A stretch of DNA of 25,276 bases from Tannerella sp. (GCA_031285685.1 JAITVS010000012.1:1-25276); one strand, 5' to 3'; counted from the first letter of the stretch, positions 1-13,303 are shown. The notes: a model not told the origin generated them from the sequence alone. Translations and numbers: made by a program.

Positions 1-120
1 AAAGCCTTTAGAAGGCAGTTCAGAGGAGTTGCTGATATACCATTCTTCCTATATAGGCTATCAATGTTGTGTGCATAACAAGTCAGTTACTGCAACCGGG
101 TTTTCGGACTGACCCATATT

Positions 121-1083
121 TTGGCTACAGCCATCTGTCCGATGAACGGATTAAATCGCATACTGAACGGAGACGCCTGGAAAAAACGAAACTTCAAAGG
201 CCGTTCTTTCGAAGATATACCTGTTTTATTTGTATTGAGGTCAAGCTACAAAGCCCTGAGTGAGAGTTCTGATATATTTAAGGGAATCAGCAACTCGATG
301 TATATAGATGCTTCTCTGATATACGGAGATCCTTTCTCTTGCGACGGGCAGAGTCCATACAGTTATTTTTCATTTAAAGCCGGGGCTAATTTGATTTCCG
401 ATAAACAACCGCTTTTAAGTAATGTCAATGCCATCGGCCTGATCTTTGGCAAGGAAATCGAATTGAAAAAGGAATCAGGAAAAATGATACTGGGTATTTT
501 CCAACATTTTGATTATTATGATTCATATGGTGGTGAATATAAAGGTTCCGGAGGTGTAAACAAAGAAGGTATTCATTATTACAGGATATCGGAAGCGGCA
601 GCTTTCGGCGGAGGAATGCTGTATCAGTCAAAAGTTTCGGAAAACAATGCATTTTTCATGGCGGTTCATGTCAATGCAATATTGCTTGGGGGTAGTTTAA
701 CGGATTATTATAATGATATAGACCGTGATTATAACCTGGGTAGTGGATATAGCAATAAACTGAAAGCCGGCATGTTGTTCAAATCAAAGATGGAACTGGC
801 TCTCAATTTTGAGAATTATCACATTTTCACATGGAAAGGATATGATCCCGACATTGATTTATCTCAGCTATCTTATGAAGATCAGTTATATTTGAATGCC
901 CAAGGAGATAAAGGTAATGCCCGGTTAAGCCTGCTGACTTTATCCTTCAACTACAAAATCAATAAACATTTAGATTTATATACCGACTTGTCATATTATT
1001 ATAGAAAAAGCAAATATGTTTATCATGATAATATATCCTATTCAGTCGGAGAAGCCAAAATCGGACTCGGATACCTGTTTTGA
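121..1083 (+). CDS. hypothetical outer-membrane beta-barrel-like protein, possibly N-terminally degraded
   Basis: 320-codon ORF (TTG at 121, first ATG at 142). It is rich in Y/G/N/D with alternating strand-like segments. The C-terminus ...KIGLGYLF ends in Phe, as in OM beta-barrels. No signal peptide is present and an in-frame stop lies at 85-87. Confidence 0.5.
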   Translation: MATAICPMNGLNRILNGDAWKKRNFKGRSFEDIPVLFVLRSSYKALSESSDIFKGISNSMYIDASLIYGDPFSCDGQSPYSYFSFKAGANLISDKQPLLSNVNAIGLIFGKEIELKKESGKMILGIFQHFDYYDSYGGEYKGSGGVNKEGIHYYRISEAAAFGGGMLYQSKVSENNAFFMAVHVNAILLGGSLTDYYNDIDRDYNLGSGYSNKLKAGMLFKSKMELALNFENYHIFTWKGYDPDIDLSQLSYEDQLYLNAQGDKGNARLSLLTLSFNYKINKHLDLYTDLSYYYRKSKYVYHDNISYSVGEAKIGLGYLF

Positions 1084-1179
1084 TCGTTGATGCGGCTCTT
1101 TCGTTTCAATCCAAAGGTATTAGTGATTCGAATTATTCCACCAGAAACGAAATTATGGGTTATAAAATCAAAAAATTAA

Positions 1180-1187
1180 TATCTTTG
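1180..1187 (+). promoter_or_regulatory. Bacteroides-type -7 promoter box TATCTTTG (TAnnTTTG)
   Basis: Exact match to the TAnnTTTG consensus, 37 nt upstream of ATG 1224. It overlaps a 7-bp-stem palindrome at 1183-1200. Confidence 0.55.
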
Positions 1188-1223
1188 TTGCGGAACAAAG
1201 CATATTAATTGACCATAAAAAGC

Positions 1224-2846
1224 ATGAAAAATCGACTGTTAACCCTATATACTCTATTTTTAATCTTATGCCTGTCAGCAATTGCCAAAGAAAAAGACAA
1301 TTCCGGACAGATTGAAGATTTATTATGGAAAGCAGAGGAGATGCTGAAAGCCGATCCGTCAAAGGCTATATACTATTCGAACTCAGCGATTGCGGAAGCC
1401 CAGAAGACAGAAAATAAAAGTTATATAACCATGGCTCAGGCCATACTGGGTGAGGCCTACATGAATCAGGGCGATTTCAATATGGGGTTTGAGGTGCTGA
1501 CAAACGCGATGGAAACATGTCCTGCTGACTGCCTGCAGATACAAGCGCATATTTATTTACATCTTTCCGGCGCCTATCTAAAACTGAGAGACTTAAATCA
1601 GGCGGCCGCATACGTAGATAAAGCAACGGATATCTATAGAAAATTAAACGATTCCCTGAATCTGGCACGCTGTTATAACTCACAGGGGTTGGTATACATA
1701 CAGGTTCCGGACAATATACATGCGGAACAATATTTTAAAGAAGCATTGGATATCAATCGAAAAATGAACAACACAAAATCCGTAGCCGCCAATCTAAATA
1801 ACCTCTGCCTATATGAAGGTGATACTCCCGAAAAGATAAACATGCTCTATGAAGCAATCAATCTCAACAGATCGTTCGGCAATATCTGGTCTTTAGGTGA
1901 AAACTACAATAATTTAGGTACGCAGTATTATTACGCGCGTGACTACAATAAAGCTTTGGCTGCATTAGATACGGCAATGGATTTTTCCAAACAGATAAAT
2001 GCCAAAGAATTGATTTCAGACAATTACCGATACAAATCATGGGTTTATGAAGCAAAAAAAGATTATCAGCAAGCCTACCGGTACCTTTTGCAATTATATG
2101 AAACAGAAAAAGAACTGCTGGCGATCAATGAAATGAGGCAAATCGAGCTTAATATCATCCAAAAACGCCTGCGTGACAAGGAACAACAGATGATATTACA
2201 GGAACAAGCCTTTCAGATCCGCAACCTCCACCTTTGGATCTATATCGCAATATTGATTGGCATTGCACTTTTTTTAGCATTATCCTATTCGGTCTATCAC
2301 TATCGCCATCAAAAAAAGATGCAATTGCTGGAAGCGTCACAACAGCTGAAAAACCAGGAAAAGGAATTAATGGCGCTGAAACTGAAACAAACGGAACATG
2401 AGGCAGAAAATACCCAGCTGGAACTTGAACACAACCGGAAAGAACTGACAAATCTGGCCTTTTTCATCAGTAGCCGCAACAACCTTCTGACAGGAATACA
2501 GACCAAACTGAAGGAGGGATATAAGCTATCCGGCCCGGAAGCGGAGCGTCACATACGAAGTGTTAATGCATACATTTCACAGTTTGATACGCAAAGTACC
2601 GAAACAGAATTGCTGATTGATGAAATAAACGGACAATTTATCCAAAAGCTGTCCCTATTACACCCTAATTTATCCAAAAACGAACAAAGACTGGCATCCT
2701 TGCTACGCATCGGATTATCCACAAAAGAAATCGCATCCATTATAAATTCTACTCCAAAAACGGTAAACATGGCGCGTTACAGGCTACGCAAACACCTCAA
2801 TCTGGAAACCGATGACAGCCTGACTGAATACATGAACAGCATTTGA
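1224..2846 (+). CDS. one-component transmembrane regulator: signal peptide, periplasmic TPR repeats, one TM helix, coiled coil, C-terminal LuxR/GerE-type HTH
   Basis: The track ORF starts at TTG 1209; ATG 1224 gives MKNRLLTLYTLFLILCLSAIA, a signal-like N-terminus. TPR-like repeats include AYMNQGDF, GAYLKLRDLNQA and GTQYYYARDYNKA. The TM segment is LWIYIAILIGIALFLALSYSVY. The C-terminal LSKNEQRLASLLRIGLSTKEIASIINSTPKTVNMARYRLRKHL matches the LuxR HTH pattern. Confidence 0.8.
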   Translation: MKNRLLTLYTLFLILCLSAIAKEKDNSGQIEDLLWKAEEMLKADPSKAIYYSNSAIAEAQKTENKSYITMAQAILGEAYMNQGDFNMGFEVLTNAMETCPADCLQIQAHIYLHLSGAYLKLRDLNQAAAYVDKATDIYRKLNDSLNLARCYNSQGLVYIQVPDNIHAEQYFKEALDINRKMNNTKSVAANLNNLCLYEGDTPEKINMLYEAINLNRSFGNIWSLGENYNNLGTQYYYARDYNKALAALDTAMDFSKQINAKELISDNYRYKSWVYEAKKDYQQAYRYLLQLYETEKELLAINEMRQIELNIIQKRLRDKEQQMILQEQAFQIRNLHLWIYIAILIGIALFLALSYSVYHYRHQKKMQLLEASQQLKNQEKELMALKLKQTEHEAENTQLELEHNRKELTNLAFFISSRNNLLTGIQTKLKEGYKLSGPEAERHIRSVNAYISQFDTQSTETELLIDEINGQFIQKLSLLHPNLSKNEQRLASLLRIGLSTKEIASIINSTPKTVNMARYRLRKHLNLETDDSLTEYMNSI

Positions 2847-2889
2847 GACATGCAGGATAATAATAAATTCGCATTTTTTAATTGCACTT

Positions 2890-2903
2890 CATTTGATCAA
2901 ATG
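2890..2903. promoter_or_regulatory. perfect 14-bp palindrome CATTTGATCAAATG in the regulator-susC intergenic region (candidate operator)
   Basis: The sequence is read directly and is its own reverse complement. It lies 176 nt upstream of the susC-like start. Confidence 0.35.
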
Positions 2904-2956
2904 TAGTACAATTAAAAAAATCAAACTATTAACAATCAACAAAATAAATATTAACA

Positions 2957-3000
2957 TTGTAGATATAATTTATTCGATTTTCATCATTTTGTAGACATAA
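2957..3000 (+). repeat. two direct copies of TTGTAGAYATAA spaced 32 nt start to start
   Basis: ttgtagatataa at 2957-2968 and ttgtagacataa at 2989-3000 are 11/12 identical. Both lie upstream of the susC-like gene. Confidence 0.35.
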
Positions 3001-3078
3001 AATAGGATCTGAAAAGGTTGACAAAGGTTATTTGATTCTCTAATATTGCAGAAACTTTTTAACTAATTCAGAAATGTT

Positions 3079-6000
3079 ATGAAAATTACGCAAATCAAAA
3101 ACCGATTACGCACCGTATCTGTTATCAAGATCACTATCCTAAGTATGTGCCTTTTCATCTTCTCCGTATTTACCGGAATCGCACAGAACACTTTAGTCAA
3201 AGGTATCGTATACGACGATTTAAACGAACCTGCTATAGGGGTAAATGTCATTAAGAAAGGTACATCCGAAGGAACGGCGACAAATCCCGACGGAGAATTT
3301 GAGATCTCACTCAAACAAGGCGATATTCTTGTTTTCTCTTACATAGGGTTCCGAGCACAGGAAATAACTTACAAAGGAGAATCTTTCTTGACGGTCAGAC
3401 TAAGTGAAGATTTGGAATCATTAGACGAAATCGTCGTCATAGGTTACGGAACGATGAAAAAAAGCGATCTTACCGGAGCTATTTCATCCGTAAATGTGGA
3501 TGAGTTAGCCAGCCGAGCCACAACAAACCCGGCCGAGGCCCTGCAAGGTAAAGTTTCCGGCGTAAATATCCGTAAATCGGGAGGAAATGCCGGAGCAGGT
3601 GTTTCGGTTAAAATCCGCGGCGTAAAATCATTCGGAGATAACGAACCGTTATATATTATCGACGGATTTCCCGGAAACATCAACAGTGTGAACCCTCAGG
3701 ACATTGCCTCCATGGAGGTTTTGAAAGATGGCGCCGCAGCTGCTATTTATGGCTCTACAGCCGCAAATGGGGTCATTTTAATTACCACCAAAAACGGCAA
3801 AAAAGATGAATTGAAAATTGATTTCAATGCTTATGTAAACTCCACACACGTCGCAAAAAAACTTGAATTGCTCGACGCAAAAGGCTATGTACAGGTACAC
3901 AAGCAGATGTACGAAAATTATAATGGACAATTTCCCAACAACGCAGTAGAGTTACCCGGATACATCACAAATCCCGGCAATATCGACACAAACTGGCAGG
4001 ATGAAGTCTTCCGTTCCGGATTATCCCAGAATTACATGGTCAGTCTGCGCGGAGGCAGCGAAAAAGCACGTTATTCGATTTCTTATAATCATGCCGACGA
4101 AAAAGGCGTTTTACTGGGAAATCAATTCAAACAGGACAATGCCCGTATGAAACTGTCCGTCAGCAAAAACATCTTCGATGTAGACGCAAACCTCGGTTTT
4201 CGTGCAACCAAAAACAATCAGCCGCAATATTCCCTTAAAGAGGCATATATGATCTCACCCTTAGTAGCTGTTTACGACGACACACAAGAATACGGATTCG
4301 GACTTGCCACCGGTAACGGCCTGCCGAGCAACAGAAACGTACTGGCCGACAACTACTATCGGAAAGCGGTGACCAATAGCTATTTCATCACTGCAAACGC
4401 CTCAGTGACAGCCAACTTTACCAAATGGCTGAATTTCCGTACATCTTATTCATACCAGGGGGATCACCAACGATATAAATACCACACACCTCCTTATGTC
4501 GCAGACGTAAAATCTCCGACGGAATATCCTTATCATAGCGAATCGTCGTCATACTGGCAGGAACAGGTAATCGACAATATCCTGACATTTAACAACACAT
4601 TTGGCGATCATTCTCTGAATGTGATGGCCGGTAGCTCCATCACATTACAGGATTACAACTGGAATAGTGTCGCTGTCGAGGGAAAAACAATTGTTTATGA
4701 AGTAAAAGACGGACAATTAGTAACAAGTGAAAAGGCCGCCGGATTCCTTGATCCGAACTTCAGCACGATCAATGCCGGAAAAGGAGGCACCTATACAGGT
4801 GAAGGTTCTCTTTACGAATACCGTCGGGCTTCATTCTTCGGTCGTCTGAATTATTCATACGCCGGTAAATATATGATACAGGCGACATTCCGTGAAGACG
4901 GTTCCTCCAAATTCGGTAAAGACAGCCGTTGGGGATTCTTTCCATCAGTTGCCCTGGGATGGAGAATATCCGAAGAAGGCTTCTTTCCACAAGGAGGACT
5001 GATAAGCAACCTGAAATTTCGCGCCAGCTGGGGACGCTTAGGTAATGAACAGGCCTTGGGATACTACGATTTTCAGGCCTTGATATCTACATATAATAAT
5101 CTATACGGAGGATCCGTACAAGGTTCCGGTTCTACTCCATGGCCGGGGAGCATCGCGATGGGACTGGCAAACCGCGACCTGCAATGGGAAACAACCGATA
5201 CAAAAAATATCGGATTCGACTACGGCCTGCTGAAAGGTAAACTTTCCGGCTCCATCAATTATTACTATAATCAAACGGAAGACATGTTGATTACAAAGAA
5301 ACTGGCTCCTTCCGTAGGTCTTCTGAATCCGATCATGAATGTCGGAAAAATCAGGAATACCGGCGTCGAGATCGAATTAAACTGGAACGACAAAATCGGA
5401 GATTTCGATTACAACGTAGGCATAAACTTTACAACAACAAGTAACAAGGTAACGGAACTATCCGACCCGAATCAGGCGCTATACGGAGAAGGGCTGAAAT
5501 GGGGTACGGAACATTTTCCGACACAAACACGGGTAGGCAAACCGATTGCCGGATTTTACCTGTATCGCACGGATGGTATCTTCCAGAATGAGACTGAAGT
5601 TGCCGCTCATAAAAACAACGCGGGAGAACTGTTACAACCCAATGCAAAACCGGGCGATATCCGTTTTCTCGATGTAAACAAAGACGGATCGATCGATGAA
5701 GATGATAAAGAATATTGTGGAGCTGCTATCCCGAAAGTGGAAGCCAATCTTTCTTTTGGAGCAAGTTATAAAGGTGCCGACATTTCTTTCCTTATCGGAG
5801 GCGGATGGGGTGGCAAATTATACAATGCAAACCGTTATTTCTACGAAGGAATGAGCTCCGGATCCAACTTTTTGAAAACAACACTGAATGCCTGGACTCC
5901 GCAAAACACCAACACGGATGTTCCCCGCGCGGTACTGCAGGATATGAACGGAAACGCGCGCGAATCCGACCGCTTCCTGGAAAAAGGCGATTATATCCGT

Positions 6001-6225
6001 ATGCGCCAGTTGCAGATAGGCTATGCTCTTCCGGTACCTATCCTGAAAAAAATACAGATAGAACGTTTACGCATCTACGCAAGTGCAGAAAATCTGTTTA
6101 CAATCACTTCTTATAAAGGAATCGACCCTGAATTTTCACGTACATCTGTGCTGAATGCCGGTATTGATACACATATCTACCCATTTACACGTTCCTATAT
6201 TTTCGGTTTACAACTTACATTCTAA
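3079..6225 (+). CDS. susC: SusC/RagA-family TonB-dependent outer membrane transporter
   Basis: 1048 aa. The N-terminus has a signal peptide followed by a carboxypeptidase-regulatory-like domain (VKGIVYDDLNEPAIGVNVIKKGTSEGTATNPDGEFEI). A plug region follows (VVIGYGTMKKSDLTGAISSV, ALQGKVSGVNI, PLYIIDGFP). The C-terminus ends in an aromatic residue (...GLQLTF) and a SusD gene follows directly. No STN/anti-sigma signalling domain is seen. Confidence 0.95.
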   Translation: MKITQIKNRLRTVSVIKITILSMCLFIFSVFTGIAQNTLVKGIVYDDLNEPAIGVNVIKKGTSEGTATNPDGEFEISLKQGDILVFSYIGFRAQEITYKGESFLTVRLSEDLESLDEIVVIGYGTMKKSDLTGAISSVNVDELASRATTNPAEALQGKVSGVNIRKSGGNAGAGVSVKIRGVKSFGDNEPLYIIDGFPGNINSVNPQDIASMEVLKDGAAAAIYGSTAANGVILITTKNGKKDELKIDFNAYVNSTHVAKKLELLDAKGYVQVHKQMYENYNGQFPNNAVELPGYITNPGNIDTNWQDEVFRSGLSQNYMVSLRGGSEKARYSISYNHADEKGVLLGNQFKQDNARMKLSVSKNIFDVDANLGFRATKNNQPQYSLKEAYMISPLVAVYDDTQEYGFGLATGNGLPSNRNVLADNYYRKAVTNSYFITANASVTANFTKWLNFRTSYSYQGDHQRYKYHTPPYVADVKSPTEYPYHSESSSYWQEQVIDNILTFNNTFGDHSLNVMAGSSITLQDYNWNSVAVEGKTIVYEVKDGQLVTSEKAAGFLDPNFSTINAGKGGTYTGEGSLYEYRRASFFGRLNYSYAGKYMIQATFREDGSSKFGKDSRWGFFPSVALGWRISEEGFFPQGGLISNLKFRASWGRLGNEQALGYYDFQALISTYNNLYGGSVQGSGSTPWPGSIAMGLANRDLQWETTDTKNIGFDYGLLKGKLSGSINYYYNQTEDMLITKKLAPSVGLLNPIMNVGKIRNTGVEIELNWNDKIGDFDYNVGINFTTTSNKVTELSDPNQALYGEGLKWGTEHFPTQTRVGKPIAGFYLYRTDGIFQNETEVAAHKNNAGELLQPNAKPGDIRFLDVNKDGSIDEDDKEYCGAAIPKVEANLSFGASYKGADISFLIGGGWGGKLYNANRYFYEGMSSGSNFLKTTLNAWTPQNTNTDVPRAVLQDMNGNARESDRFLEKGDYIRMRQLQIGYALPVPILKKIQIERLRIYASAENLFTITSYKGIDPEFSRTSVLNAGIDTHIYPFTRSYIFGLQLTF

Positions 6226-6253
6226 TCGTTTCACCATTCTAATATAAATAATC

Positions 6254-7765
6254 ATGAAGCATCTAAAATATACCGCCATTGTCCTATTATTAGCCGGAAC
6301 TATCGCTGGTTGCGAAGATTTCCTGACAGTACAATCGCCCGACGAACTGACTTCGGATTCATTCTGGAGAAATAAATCCGACGCCGAAGCCGGATTAGCA
6401 GCAGCTTACTCGAAACTGGAGGCATCGACTGATACATGGGAATTTCCCGAAGTCTATTTTCCGGTGGAAGCCTACCGCGAAGATATCATTAAACCGGGAT
6501 CGGATGCCTACAATTATCCGAACTGGATTGAACTGGCAAACTTCAACTACACTAATGGTAATTCCCAATTCACAGCCTACTGGCGTGATAATTACTACGG
6601 CATCAACTACAGTAACCAGGTCATAGAAAATCTTCCGAACATTCCGGCCGACATGATTTCCGAAGAAGACCGCGCCATGATACAGAACGAAGGCTATTTC
6701 CTGAGAGGATATTACCACATGAAACTGTTACTCAACTGGGAACAGATCATTATACGTGATAAATACATTACATCCACCAATGAATTGGACAAAGCGCCTG
6801 CAAGTCGTGCCGAAGCATGGGACTTTATCATCGAAAACTTCACCAAAGCGACTGCCCTTCCTGCCGGGCGAACCACCGAAACGTTAGGCCGTGCTACGAA
6901 AGGAGCTGCATATGCTTTTTTAGGCTGGGCACACCTGACAAGGGCGTATGAGGAACCCGACAAGAAAGAAACCCATCTGAATGCTGCGATCAGTGCGCTC
7001 AATCATGTTACCGGATATGAGTTAGTGAAAGATTTCAGCTCGCTTTTCGACGGAAGCAACAAAAATTCAAAAGAGGGGATATTCGAACTGCAATTGACGC
7101 TAAACACATCCAACGGCGCACGCTATCGCACACAATTACACCGTTTTATCGGCTGCTCGGAATTATGGGGCTGGGATGAAATCCTTCCGACGGAACAACT
7201 GATAAGCGCCTATAAAAAAGAAGGAAAAATCGCGACTACGGGGCGTTATGACAGCCGCTTCTATGAAACAATCTTTTTTAAAGATGAATACTTCAACGAC
7301 GAGGATGCCGCGCGTGTATACGGCAATACATATGATTACTGGTTCGAAGGTGCGGACAAGCCGACATTCAGAAAATATATGCCTGCCGATCTCAGCGGTT
7401 TGACAACCAGCTATTTTGCTCCGAATATCATACTGATGAGATACGTCAATGTGCTGTTGATGAAAGCGGAAGCCTTGAATGAATCAGGTCGTACAGCAGA
7501 AGCGATAACACTCATTAATCAAGTTCGCGAACGTGCCGACATGCCCGTCATGAATGGAACATCGCAACAGGAAGTACGCAGCCAGATCGAACATGAACGC
7601 ATGCTGGAGTTCCCATTGGAAAATATGCGTTTTTACGACCTGCGCCGTTGGGGAAAAACAAAAGAAGCCTTGCAGGCTGCAGGACGTACTAATTTCGATC
7701 CTGCTAAAAACAATTTTTATCCGATCCCCATACAGGAAGCCAATACAAATAACGCAATTAATTAA
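6254..7765 (+). CDS. susD: SusD/RagB-family nutrient-binding outer membrane lipoprotein
   Basis: 503 aa with a lipoprotein signal ending LLAGTIAGC. It sits 28 nt after the SusC gene. Typical SusD C-terminal segments are present (RYVNVLLMKAEALNE, ERMLEFPLENMRFYDLRRWG, PIPIQE). Confidence 0.93.
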   Translation: MKHLKYTAIVLLLAGTIAGCEDFLTVQSPDELTSDSFWRNKSDAEAGLAAAYSKLEASTDTWEFPEVYFPVEAYREDIIKPGSDAYNYPNWIELANFNYTNGNSQFTAYWRDNYYGINYSNQVIENLPNIPADMISEEDRAMIQNEGYFLRGYYHMKLLLNWEQIIIRDKYITSTNELDKAPASRAEAWDFIIENFTKATALPAGRTTETLGRATKGAAYAFLGWAHLTRAYEEPDKKETHLNAAISALNHVTGYELVKDFSSLFDGSNKNSKEGIFELQLTLNTSNGARYRTQLHRFIGCSELWGWDEILPTEQLISAYKKEGKIATTGRYDSRFYETIFFKDEYFNDEDAARVYGNTYDYWFEGADKPTFRKYMPADLSGLTTSYFAPNIILMRYVNVLLMKAEALNESGRTAEAITLINQVRERADMPVMNGTSQQEVRSQIEHERMLEFPLENMRFYDLRRWGKTKEALQAAGRTNFDPAKNNFYPIPIQEANTNNAIN

Positions 7766-7828
7766 AGAATATATAAACCCATTTTTTATCCAATAGAGTT
7801 TTTTCATTTTAATTATTAAACCGGGACA

Positions 7829-11018
<3,190 letters not shown>

Positions 11019-11031
11019 TATAAGATTTTAT

Positions 11032-12939
11032 ATGAAATATATTCTTTTCTTTTTAGTCATTCTCACAGGATGTTTTTCCTGTACGGAACAAAAACAAGTG
11101 CAATACAGCATTACAAGCAAATATGGCAACATTCTTGATATAAGCCATACTCCCGGAAATAAAACCCGTTGTTACGGATGGTTTACCGACAACGGCTCCT
11201 GGTACGGATTTACACCTCCTGAAAAAGAGAGATGGATCAATGGATTTTGCGGGCCGTTTCATCTGGATATGAACCGGCGGAAATGGATTTCGGAAAGTAT
11301 CGTCCATGTTTGCTTTGAAGAGGAAAGCAAAGCAACTGTTTACAAGCCCGATACAATCATTTATTATCCCGGAAAACTGTATATAAAGGCTACATCCGAA
11401 AACGGGACGATTGAACAGGAACTTATATTTATCAATGCGTCGACTGTTTTACTATCCGTAAAAAGCACTCACAAATCCCTCTTCCGTTTCTGGGGAGAAG
11501 CATTGGCAGACGATCACTCCTGCAACGCTGAAAAAAACTCATTTCTCATCACCTCGCCTGACGGCGAAGGAGTTGCAATCACATTTTCTCCGGAAACAGG
11601 ACTGCTGGCAAACGAAAACGGGTACGAGACATTATCTACGACATCCGGCAAAGCCGATATTGTCATATCTTTCTTTACGGATCCCGCTTCACAACGGTCT
11701 GTTATCCAAAAAGCCACATCCGTATTAGCTGAAGCCGAGTCATATAAACAACAGACATCCCGACGATGGGAGAACTATTTATCGAATGTAATCCGCAACG
11801 ATATGCCGGAAGAATTTAACCGCATCGCCGTAAAAGCAGTTGTTACACTTATTTCCAACTGGAAAACGTCACGTGGCGACCTTTTCCACGAAGGAGTCGT
11901 TCCCAGTCACGGAGTCGGTTATTTCATGGGATTCTGGGGATGGGATTCCTGGAAACATGCAGTTGCATTGGCTCATTTCGCACCTGACCTGGCTAAAAAC
12001 CAGGTGCGCTCCATGTTCGATTATCAAATGCCTGATGGAATGATTATCGACTGTATATACAGCGATGCGTCCGAAAATAATGCCAGAGACAGCAAGCCAC
12101 CATTAGCATCTTGGGCCGTAAACGAAATTTTTGAAACAACAAACGATACCCTTTTTGTCAAAGAGATGTATCCCAAGTTACTATCTTACTATCACTGGTG
12201 GTATAAAGACAGAGACCACAACAAAAACGGGATCTGTGAATTCGGCTCATGCGACGGAACGCTTGAAGCAGCCGCATGGGAAAGCGGTATGGATAATGCC
12301 ATTCGTTTCGATAACAGCAAAATGGTCAAAAACAGCGAAAATGCGTGGAGTTTTGACCAGGAGTCCGTCGACCTGAATTATTTTCTGGCATTTGAATGCA
12401 GGTTACTGAAAAAATTAGCTGCCGTTGCAGGCCAGGTTTTCGATGAGCCGGATCGCTCGGATCAGATAAATGATTACTTTTTCGTAGCAGAACCGGGCTT
12501 TTTCTTCGATAAACGTTTAGACGGCACTTTTGTTAAAGAAGAAGGAACAGAAGCATGCATCCCTTTATGGACACAGATCGCAACAACAGAACAGGCCGCA
12601 TGCTGCGTCAAACTATTTACCGACACCAATAAGTTCGCTACCTATATACCCTTCCCGACAATCGCCGCCGACAATCCGAAATTCATGCCTGCAGGTTACT
12701 GGAGGGGGCCGATATGGTTAGACCAGGTCTACTTTGGTGTTTCCGGAATACGCAAATACGGATACCGCTCCGAAGCTGACAAATTCACGGAACAGGTATT
12801 CTCCCGGCTGGAAGGATTAACGGCAGACAAACCGATTCATGAAAATTACGATACCCACAGCGGAAAGACATTAAAAGCGCCTCATTTTAGCTGGAGTGCG
12901 GCACATTTATTAATGCTGTATTGGGAATATGGAAAATAA
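11032..12939 (+). CDS. GH63-like (YgjK / glucosidase-I-like) six-hairpin glycoside hydrolase lipoprotein
   Basis: ATG 11032 gives the lipoprotein signal MKYILFFLVILTGC. Motifs GFWGWDSWKHA, WESGMDNAIRFD, YWRGPIWLDQVYF and HENYDTHSG fall in the order I recall for GH63-type (alpha/alpha)6 enzymes. The longer track ORF from 10951 overlaps the GH2 gene. Confidence 0.72.
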   Translation: MKYILFFLVILTGCFSCTEQKQVQYSITSKYGNILDISHTPGNKTRCYGWFTDNGSWYGFTPPEKERWINGFCGPFHLDMNRRKWISESIVHVCFEEESKATVYKPDTIIYYPGKLYIKATSENGTIEQELIFINASTVLLSVKSTHKSLFRFWGEALADDHSCNAEKNSFLITSPDGEGVAITFSPETGLLANENGYETLSTTSGKADIVISFFTDPASQRSVIQKATSVLAEAESYKQQTSRRWENYLSNVIRNDMPEEFNRIAVKAVVTLISNWKTSRGDLFHEGVVPSHGVGYFMGFWGWDSWKHAVALAHFAPDLAKNQVRSMFDYQMPDGMIIDCIYSDASENNARDSKPPLASWAVNEIFETTNDTLFVKEMYPKLLSYYHWWYKDRDHNKNGICEFGSCDGTLEAAAWESGMDNAIRFDNSKMVKNSENAWSFDQESVDLNYFLAFECRLLKKLAAVAGQVFDEPDRSDQINDYFFVAEPGFFFDKRLDGTFVKEEGTEACIPLWTQIATTEQAACCVKLFTDTNKFATYIPFPTIAADNPKFMPAGYWRGPIWLDQVYFGVSGIRKYGYRSEADKFTEQVFSRLEGLTADKPIHENYDTHSGKTLKAPHFSWSAAHLLMLYWEYGK

Positions 12940-12979
12940 AATACGAGAGATTGTTTAAGGTAAAATAAAAAAGAACAAA

Positions 12980-12987
12980 TAACTTTG
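12980..12987 (+). promoter_or_regulatory. -7 promoter box TAACTTTG
   Basis: Exact TAnnTTTG match, 43 nt upstream of ATG 13031. Confidence 0.5.
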
Positions 12988-13030
12988 GGGCAAATAAACA
13001 AAATATTACACACCGACAAAATATCATAAT

Positions 13031-13303
13031 ATGTTCATAGTCATAGGAATTATGTTTTTTGGTATTGCTCTGGGATATTTTTTTCGAAGAAAAACAATCC
13101 TCCAGAAATTAGGAAAACCGATCAGCTATACCATTTATCTTTTATTATTCTTCCTCGGAATATCAGTCGGGGGCAACAGTGAGATTATCAACAACCTGCC
13201 GTCACTCGGAAGTATGGCTTTATTACTCGCGTTTGCCGGGACATTGGGTAGCGTGCTGGCAGCATGGATCGTTTATAAATTATTTTTCAAAAAAGGCTAT
13301 TAA
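13031..13303 (+). CDS. LysO/DUF340-family membrane protein, small N-terminal subunit
   Basis: 90 aa with about three hydrophobic helices. It is followed 4 nt later by the larger DUF340-like ORF, the split arrangement I recall as common in Bacteroidetes. Confidence 0.65.
   Translation: MFIVIGIMFFGIALGYFFRRKTILQKLGKPISYTIYLLLFFLGISVGGNSEIINNLPSLGSMALLLAFAGTLGSVLAAWIVYKLFFKKGY

Noticed and set aside
425-652. Antisense or embedded track ORFs inside confident genes, for example 425-652, 1477-1683, 2155-2451, 3063-3314, 5805-6116, 6395-7002, 7484-7855, 8771-9001, 9565-10571, 11514-11717, 13619-14002
   Set aside because: Each lies wholly within, or antisense to, a long ORF with strong family motifs. 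Each also has biased composition (Cys/Arg/Ser-rich or low complexity) and no recognisable motif.
1209-1223. TTG start at 1209 for the TPR-LuxR regulator
   Set aside because: ATG 1224 gives a standard Lys/Arg-then-hydrophobic signal peptide and lies at a sensible distance from the -7 box.
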